Below are positions 57,859-64,000 of a DNA stretch of 64,000 bases, piece after piece. The number at the start of each line of letters is the position of its first letter. Positions within the stretch are counted from its first letter, which is position 1. Source of the stretch: Candidatus Oxydemutator sp. (GTDB lineage: Bacteria; Pseudomonadota; Gammaproteobacteria; Poriferisulfidales; Oxydemutatoraceae); NCBI GenBank assembly GCA_965203445.1, contig OZ241883.1, forward strand, positions 864,001 through 928,000, read 5' to 3'. The translations under genes and the position numbers were made by a program. Below the pieces are notes generated by a model. It was given only the letters and a program-made list of their open reading frames with translations. It was not told the DNA's origin and did not search any database.

Positions 57859-59076
57859 GTGGCCCACGCGAACAGGGGGCGCGCGGACGCCGACGACCTG
57901 CGCGCGGATCTTGCGGCGCGCAAACGCCTGCACCTGTACCGCGAGCGCGGCGTAAGCGAAGGCCCGACCGGGACGCGGCGGCTGTGGAACGGGCGCGAGG
58001 TGCTGTCGTTCTGCGGCAATGATTATCTGGGCCTGGCGGCGGATAGGCGCGTGATCGAGGCCGGCGCGCGCGGCCTGCGACGCTACGGCGCCGGCGCCGG
58101 CGCGTCGTGCCTGGTCAACGGCTACACCGGCGCACACCGCGAGCTGGAGGAAAGCTTGGCGGCGTTTCTGGCGCGCGAACGGGCGCTGCTGTTCTCGTCC
58201 GGCTACCTTGCCAATCTGGGCGTCGTCGGCGCGCTGGCCGGCAGGACGAGCCGCCTGTTCGAGGATCGCCTGAACCACGCTTCGCTGGTCGACGCCGGCA
58301 TCCTGTCGAGGGCGCGCCTGCGACGCTATCCGCACCGCGACACCGCGTTTCTGCGCGCGCGGCTGCGGGCGCGGCTGCGCGCGCAGCTGCGGCGCGAAGA
58401 CGACTGCATCGTCGCAAGCGACGCGGTGTTCAGCATGGACGGCGACGTGGCGCCGCTCGCCGAACTCGCCGCGCTGTGCGCCGACGCCAGCGCCACGCTG
58501 ATAGTGGACGACGCGCACGGCATCGGCGTGCTCGGCGAAAACGGCGCCGGCGCGGTCGAGGCCGCGGGGTTGGGGTCGCGCGACGTGCCGTTGCTGGTCG
58601 GCACGCTCGGCAAGGCGTTCGGCGCCGCCGGCGCGTTCGTCGCCGGCGACGCCGACTGGATCGAGACGCTGGTGCAACGAGCGCGTACTTATATATATAC
58701 GACCGCGCCGCCGCCGGCGATTGCGTGCGCGGCTTTGCAAAGCCTTGCCCTCGTTCGTGAAGAAGGCTGGCGGCGGCAAAAATTGTTCGAGCACGTCGCG
58801 CGCTTTCGGCGCCTGGCGGCGCGCGCCGGGTTGCCGTGCCTCGCTTCCGAGACGCCGATCCAGGGCGTCGTCGCCGGCAGCGCCAAGCGCGCGCTCGCGT
58901 GGTCGCGGGCGCTGCTGGACGACGGCCTGCACGTGGCCGCCATACGTCCGCCGACGGTGCCGCAAGGCGGGGCGCGGCTGCGGATCACGTTGTCCGCCGC
59001 GCACGAACCCGGCGACGTCGAGCGGCTGGTCGAGACACTGGCGCGACACGTTCCGTGCACCGTCAAAGCAGATTGA
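57859..59076 (+). CDS. bioF: 8-amino-7-oxononanoate synthase
   Basis: NDYLGL, NHASLVD, FSMDGD, DDAHG, GTLGKAFG, AIRPPTVP. Confidence 0.95.
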   Translation: MAHANRGRADADDLRADLAARKRLHLYRERGVSEGPTGTRRLWNGREVLSFCGNDYLGLAADRRVIEAGARGLRRYGAGAGASCLVNGYTGAHRELEESLAAFLARERALLFSSGYLANLGVVGALAGRTSRLFEDRLNHASLVDAGILSRARLRRYPHRDTAFLRARLRARLRAQLRREDDCIVASDAVFSMDGDVAPLAELAALCADASATLIVDDAHGIGVLGENGAGAVEAAGLGSRDVPLLVGTLGKAFGAAGAFVAGDADWIETLVQRARTYIYTTAPPPAIACAALQSLALVREEGWRRQKLFEHVARFRRLAARAGLPCLASETPIQGVVAGSAKRALAWSRALLDDGLHVAAIRPPTVPQGGARLRITLSAAHEPGDVERLVETLARHVPCTVKAD

Positions 59077-59746
59077 GTTCCGCAAACGACGTGACGATTT
59101 CGCCGACGACAAAGTGATCGAGCACGCGCACTTCCACCAGCGCCAGCGACCGCTTCAGCTGCTGCGTCATGCGGCGGTCGGCGTTACTCGGCTCGGATAT
59201 GCCCGAAGGGTGATTGTGCGCGAAGATCGTCGCCGCGGCGTTGTGGTACAGCGCGCGCTTGACGACCTCGCGCGGGTAAATGGTGGCGCCGTCTATGGTG
59301 CCGTGGAACAGCTCCTCGAACGCGATCAGCCGATGCTGGTTGTCGAGGAACAGACAGGCGAACACCTCGCGCCCGTAGTCGCGCATCTTCAATGCAAGGT
59401 AGTGGCGCGCCTTTTCCGGGTTGACGAACACGTCGTCGCGGCGCATGGACTCCTCCAACGTGCGCCGCACGATCTCGAGCGACGCCTGCAAGCGGGCATA
59501 GCGCGCCGCCCCCATGCCGACGGTGCGGCATAGCCTGGCGCGGTCGGCGCGCAGGACCGCGCGCAGACCGCCGGTGTCAGCCAGCAGCTTGCGCGCGACG
59601 TCGAGCGCGTTGTTGCCGCGCGTGCCCGAGCCGATGACGACCGCCAGCAGCTCGGCGTCGGACAACGTCCCGGCACCGTGCGCCAGCAGCTTTTCGCGCG
59701 GCCGCTCCTGCACCGGCCATTCCTTGATTACGTGTTGTGACATCAT
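59063..59746 (-). CDS. radC: RadC/JAB domain protein
   Basis: ERPREKLL, LSDAELLA, YPREVVK, AHNHPSG...SNAD, LDHFVVG. Confidence 0.93.
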   Translation of the reverse strand: MMSQHVIKEWPVQERPREKLLAHGAGTLSDAELLAVVIGSGTRGNNALDVARKLLADTGGLRAVLRADRARLCRTVGMGAARYARLQASLEIVRRTLEESMRRDDVFVNPEKARHYLALKMRDYGREVFACLFLDNQHRLIAFEELFHGTIDGATIYPREVVKRALYHNAAATIFAHNHPSGISEPSNADRRMTQQLKRSLALVEVRVLDHFVVGEIVTSFAELNLL

Positions 59747-60145
59747 TGCGGACTGACGCGCACAGTGTCCGCCCGGACCAGACACGGAAGACGAAAACGC
59801 TGGACAAGCGGTAGCAGATAGCCGACTTGTAACGGGCAAGGACGTTTTCGGCGTTAGAACGGCGAGGGACCTGTCCTGCGGCGTGCAGAGGCGCTGACCA
59901 TTCGTCGGATTTATTCCGCCACTATTTCTTGACCTTGGCTATTTTTTGCAGGGGAAACAGCAGTTTCAGACGAGAAAAAGCCCGCAAACACGCTTATACT
60001 TCCGCCATGAATCCAGGTGTGGCAATCTGCTTCTCCGTCATTCGTCGGCCAGACGCTACCTCTCGTCGGCCGCGTCGCCCCGCGCGCGCATCAAAGATAT
60101 ACAAAACCAGCCTCTGCTCACCGATAAACCATAGAGGAGCATTCC

Positions 60146-60832
60146 ATGACGGATGAATACAAAAAAGAGGTGCGCGAGGCCCTGCCGCGGGAAGTCGAAT
60201 GGGGCACGCCGGTTACGCGAGGCCAATTCAGGGAAGGCATGGCCGACGTGCGCGCCGAGTTTGCCGACGTGCGCGCCGAGTTTGCCGCCGTGCGTGGAGA
60301 ACTCAGCGAACTCCACGCCGATCTCAAGGAGGACATCGGCAAGCGATATACCGAACTCAAAGGGGAGATCAACAGACTCGATAAAAGCATCGTCGAGCGA
60401 CATACCGAACTCAAAGAGGAGATCAACAGACTTGATAAAAGCATCATCGAGCGATATGCCGAACTCAAAGAGGAGATCAACAGACTCGATAAAAGCATCG
60501 TCGACTTGCGCAGCGAACTGAAGGAAGCCATCAGTGGCTTGCGTAGCGAACTGAACGAAGCCATCAGTGGCCTGCGTAGCGAACTGAAGGAAGACATAAA
60601 CAGGCTTGACAAAGATATTGCCAATTTGCGCAGCGAGCTTAAGAGAGACATCGCCATGCTCGACAAGAGCACCGATGAGAAGATCAACAAACTCAACGAA
60701 AACATGATCAAGCTGCACGGCGAACTCAAGACGGAAATCGCCAAATCCCAAACCAGGTTGATTCTATCTTTTATCAGCGCCATGGCGGTCTTCAACGGGC
60801 TTCTATTCGGCCTGATGCGCTACATGCAATAG
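60146..60832 (+). CDS. CCDC90/DUF1640-like membrane-anchored coiled-coil protein
   Basis: GAGGAG RBS; 7-, 11- and 18-aa tandem repeats; C-terminal TM helix. Confidence 0.7.
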   Translation: MTDEYKKEVREALPREVEWGTPVTRGQFREGMADVRAEFADVRAEFAAVRGELSELHADLKEDIGKRYTELKGEINRLDKSIVERHTELKEEINRLDKSIIERYAELKEEINRLDKSIVDLRSELKEAISGLRSELNEAISGLRSELKEDINRLDKDIANLRSELKRDIAMLDKSTDEKINKLNENMIKLHGELKTEIAKSQTRLILSFISAMAVFNGLLFGLMRYMQ

Positions 60833-60853
60833 ACAAACCGCTGAAACCGGCCC

Positions 60854-61723
60854 GTGACGAAGCGACGCGACAATCGAAAAACCGCCCTGCAACGAATCGC
60901 GACTCTGTTTGTCGGGTTCGTATCCTCGGCCTCTGCCGCCGGCGAGAACGGCTTTCAGACGACGTGTCTGACCGAAAGCGCGCTGATACGCGCGTACAAG
61001 GCCGCGATCTACGATCCGCACGCCAAGACCGACTGGGCTCGTTACGCCGGCGACGGCCTGACAAGAGACAGTTTCCAAGCACGGGACGGCGGCGTTATCC
61101 GCGGACTGGTCTGGAAGGCGGCGCGACCCAAAGGGTATCTGCTCATCGCCCAGGGCACCTCGATGTTGGCCGCCGAGATCTATGAGCTGTTCCGGGAGTT
61201 CCGCGACCTCGGCCTTGACGTTTATCTGTACGATTATCGTGGCTACGGCGAATCCGGCGACGCCGAGACCACGTTGGCGGGGATTATTTCCGACTACGCG
61301 GTTCGCATCCGCACGCTCAATGCGATCCCCGAATACAAGGCGCGCTACCTGTTCGGCATCTCGCTCGGCGGCATCGTGTTTGCCAACGCGATCCGCGGGC
61401 TGCACCGCGAGATCAACGGCGTCGTGTTCGACTCGGTTCCCCACGCGACGCCGTGGTACACGTTCTGCCCGTCGAGTATAGACCCGGTGAAACTGCTGCC
61501 CGACTCGTGCCGGGATTGGCTCATCATCGGCGGCACCAGAGACACGGTAATCGGCGACCGGGCGGCCAAGCTGGCAAAGGCCGCCGCCCGCTGCGGCGCG
61601 CAATCAAAAATAGAGGAACACTTCGGCCACATCTTCATGGACGGCCGCAAAAACACCACGGAAAGAACGTCCGCCGCCAGACGCCACTTCGAGCGGCTGC
61701 TCCAGAACCACACGGGCGGGTAG
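60854..61723 (+). CDS. Exported alpha/beta hydrolase
   Basis: YDYRGYGES, GISLGG elbow, GTRDTVI, FGH; signal-like N-terminus. Confidence 0.75.
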   Translation: MTKRRDNRKTALQRIATLFVGFVSSASAAGENGFQTTCLTESALIRAYKAAIYDPHAKTDWARYAGDGLTRDSFQARDGGVIRGLVWKAARPKGYLLIAQGTSMLAAEIYELFREFRDLGLDVYLYDYRGYGESGDAETTLAGIISDYAVRIRTLNAIPEYKARYLFGISLGGIVFANAIRGLHREINGVVFDSVPHATPWYTFCPSSIDPVKLLPDSCRDWLIIGGTRDTVIGDRAAKLAKAAARCGAQSKIEEHFGHIFMDGRKNTTERTSAARRHFERLLQNHTGG

Positions 61724-61838
61724 CAGGTACCCGATTTTCGGAGACGGTGGATTGGAAGAACAGGAATTGCGCTGAATCTTGACATCCCCGCGAATATGAT
61801 TAACTATGTTTTCAAGTCCCGATTTTCCTGATTTGACC

Positions 61839-62318
61839 ATGGAAACCGCAGCGCAACATTTCGACACCCTTGCCGCCGCCGAGCGTTTGCAGGAAGCCGG
61901 CCTGACGTCAGAGGCCGCCAAGGCCATCAGTCTGGTTGTGGAAAGCAGCCGCGGCAACGGCTTCCTGGCCGCAGAATTGAAGGTTCTGCGCAGCGAGGTC
62001 AGGGAAGATATGGCGGCTTTGCGCAGCGAGGTCAGGGAAGATATGGCGGCTTTGCGCAGCGAGGTCAGGGAAGAGATCGGCAAAGTCAATGCCCGGGTTG
62101 ACAGCCTCGAGGCCAAGGTCGACAACCTCAGTGCCCGGGTTGACAACCTCGAGGCCAAGGTCGACAGCCTCAGTGCCCGGGTTGACAGCCTCAGTGCCAA
62201 GGTTGATAAAGTTGCCGGCGAATTGCATACGATCAAGTGGGTCCTCAACATTCAAACCACTGCGCTCGTTGCGCTCTTTGGAGCGTTCATCGCGATAGCA
62301 CTGCGCCTGTGGGCGTAG
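61839..62318 (+). CDS. CCDC90/DUF1640 family coiled-coil protein
   Basis: FDTLAAAERLQEAG head; LRSEVREDMAA repeats; heptad repeats; C-terminal TM. Confidence 0.8.
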   Translation: METAAQHFDTLAAAERLQEAGLTSEAAKAISLVVESSRGNGFLAAELKVLRSEVREDMAALRSEVREDMAALRSEVREEIGKVNARVDSLEAKVDNLSARVDNLEAKVDSLSARVDSLSAKVDKVAGELHTIKWVLNIQTTALVALFGAFIAIALRLWA

Positions 62319-62364
62319 ACCCCGAAGAGAACCGGCGGCGCACCAAGCGGACAACGCGCCCTCG

Positions 62365-63735
62365 TCATTTGCCGACGCAAAACCCCGCGAAAATATCCCC
62401 CAATAGTTCCTCGGTAGCATAGTCGCCGACGATGGCGGCGAGCGCCTCGCGCGCCTCGCGCAGGTTCTCGGCGGCCAGTTCGGGGTGCGTGACGGCACCT
62501 TTGGAGGGCAGGTGTTCGAGAGCGCGCAGCAGCGCCTTGCGGGCTTGCTCCAGCGCTTCGAGGTGGCGGCGGCGCGCGGCCAAGGCGTCTTCGCCGCCGT
62601 CGCTGACGCCGATTGTGCGCTTGATCAGGGTGTGCAGGTCGGCCAGACCTTCGCCGGTCTTTGCCGAGATCCAGGCGTCAACGCGACGCGCCCGCCGGTA
62701 CTCGATCAAATCGGCTTTGTTGAACACGGTCAGCACGTCGGTCTTGCCGGCAAGGCGACGCCGCACCTCTTCCTCGGCGGCGCCGACGCCCTCGGTCGCG
62801 TCCACCAGCAGCAGCACGACGTCGGCGTCGTCCATCGCCCGCCACGCGCGGCGCACGCCCTCCTCCTCCACCGGATCGCCGGGCGCGCCGAGGCCGGCGG
62901 TGTCGAGCACGCGCAGCGGGATGCCGTCCATCAGTATCTCGCTTTTTACGACGTCGCGCGTGGTGCCGGCGCGGTCGCTTACGATGGCCTCGTCGGTTTG
63001 CGACAGCCGGTTCAGCAGGCTCGACTTGCCGGCGTTCGGGCGCCCGACGATGACCAGCTCGACGCCTTCGCACAGGCGCGCGCCGTGCGCGGCTCTCGCC
63101 TTGATCGTGCCGATGGACTCGACCAGCCGTTGCAGCCGCTCGCGCAGCCGATAGTCGCCGACGACGTCCACGCCGTCCTCTTCCGGGAAGTCGAGCGTCG
63201 CCTCGGTTACCACCCGCAGTTCCTCGATTGCCGCCGACAGCCGTGCGATGCTTTGCGAGAACTCGCCCTGCAACACGCGCTGCGCGCTGCGCGCCGCCTG
63301 CAAACTCGCGCTGCCGACGAGATCGGCGATGGCCTCGAGCTGCGCCAAGTCGTATTTGCCGTTCATGAACGCGCGCCGGCTGAACTCGCCGGGGTGCGCA
63401 GCGCGCGCGCCCAGCTCGAACACCCTGCCCAACAGCGCGTCGAGCACGACGGGGCTGCCGTGGGCGTGGATTTCGAGCACGTCCTCACCGGTGAAACTCG
63501 CGGGCGCCTTGAACAGGATGGCAAGCCCCTCGTCCAGCACGCCGCCGGCGGCGTCCAGGAAGCGGCGGAAGGCGGCCTCTCGGGGACGCGGCGCGACGGC
63601 GCCGGTCAAGCCTTCGCAGACGACGGCGGCGCGCGGGCCGCTTACGCGAATGACGCCGATGCCGGAGCGCCCGGGCGGCGTGGCCACGGCGGCGATGGTG
63701 TCGCCCGGCGCGGCGCCCGCCTCAGCTTGCTTCAA
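62365..63735 (-). CDS. mnmE: tRNA modification GTPase MnmE (TrmE)
   Basis: [33 protein letters not shown]. Confidence 0.97.
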   Translation of the reverse strand: MKQAEAGAAPGDTIAAVATPPGRSGIGVIRVSGPRAAVVCEGLTGAVAPRPREAAFRRFLDAAGGVLDEGLAILFKAPASFTGEDVLEIHAHGSPVVLDALLGRVFELGARAAHPGEFSRRAFMNGKYDLAQLEAIADLVGSASLQAARSAQRVLQGEFSQSIARLSAAIEELRVVTEATLDFPEEDGVDVVGDYRLRERLQRLVESIGTIKARAAHGARLCEGVELVIVGRPNAGKSSLLNRLSQTDEAIVSDRAGTTRDVVKSEILMDGIPLRVLDTAGLGAPGDPVEEEGVRRAWRAMDDADVVLLLVDATEGVGAAEEEVRRRLAGKTDVLTVFNKADLIEYRRARRVDAWISAKTGEGLADLHTLIKRTIGVSDGGEDALAARRRHLEALEQARKALLRALEHLPSKGAVTHPELAAENLREAREALAAIVGDYATEELLGDIFAGFCVGK

Positions 63736-64000
63736 CTTGCTTCAACGCGCCTCGTGATCATCCACTGCTGGGCTATGGACAGAACGTTGTTGGCCAGCCA
63801 GTAAAGCACTAGCCCGGCCGGAAAGAACGCGAAGAACACCGTGAAGATGACCGGCAGCGCCATCATCACCTTGGCCTGCATCGGATCCGGCGGCGTCGGG
63901 TTCAGCTTGGTCTGGATGATCATCGTCGCCCCCATCAGCAACGGCAGCACGAAGTACGGGTCGCGCGTCGACAGGTCGTGTATCCACAGCATGAACGGTG
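63732..64000 (-). CDS. yidC: Membrane protein insertase YidC (C-terminal part)
   Basis: WIHDLS...DPYFVLP...DPMQAKVM...PAGLVLYW...SIAQQW; upstream of mnmE. Confidence 0.95.
   Translation of the reverse strand, partial: PFMLWIHDLSTRDPYFVLPLLMGATMIIQTKLNPTPPDPMQAKVMMALPVIFTVFFAFFPAGLVLYWLANNVLSIAQQWMITRRVEAS

Noticed and set aside
56701-59112. 803-aa minus-strand ORF
   Set aside because: Shadow of bioB-bioF.
62319-62400. Genomic-island attachment site at the mnmE 3' end
   Set aside because: No duplicate of the mnmE 3' sequence noticed and no integrase in the window.

Overview
GC-rich, probably gammaproteobacterial chromosome segment. The yidC-mnmE pair suggests it lies near oriC, and the gene content resembles marine host-associated (e.g. 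sponge) symbionts (inference). Positions 1-27233 are one giant minus-strand ORF (>=9,077 codons, open off the left edge and therefore missing from the ORF track) encoding a Sec-exported repetitive adhesin; the long Arg/His-rich plus-strand ORFs there are its antisense shadows. After SIMPL, ubiA and a dockerin-like/hydrolase gene comes a mobile/defence island (~31.6-55.9 kb). It holds an intact-looking TnpB bounded by 25-bp terminal inverted repeats and an 8-bp target-site duplication, a DDE/IS1595-like architecture instead of IS200/605 ends. It also holds an IS481-like element, a type II R-M pair, an AAA14-DUF4143 ATPase, a BacNav-type channel, a structured ncRNA plus DUF3800 gene, a type III-like res/mod pair, Dsr1-like SIR2, a RelE-UvrD helicase, a BoxC-like repeat array, two ~468-bp direct repeats each encoding a mini GIY-YIG nuclease around a TIR-TPR gene, and higBA. 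The right end has comF, bioB, bioF, radC, two CCDC90/DUF1640-like coiled-coil proteins, a hydrolase, mnmE and partial yidC. Best novelty candidates: the TIR/TSD-bounded TnpB element, the GIY-YIG repeat unit with conserved non-coding flanks, and the DUF3800 ncRNA module. All family calls are from motif recognition by eye, not database searches.
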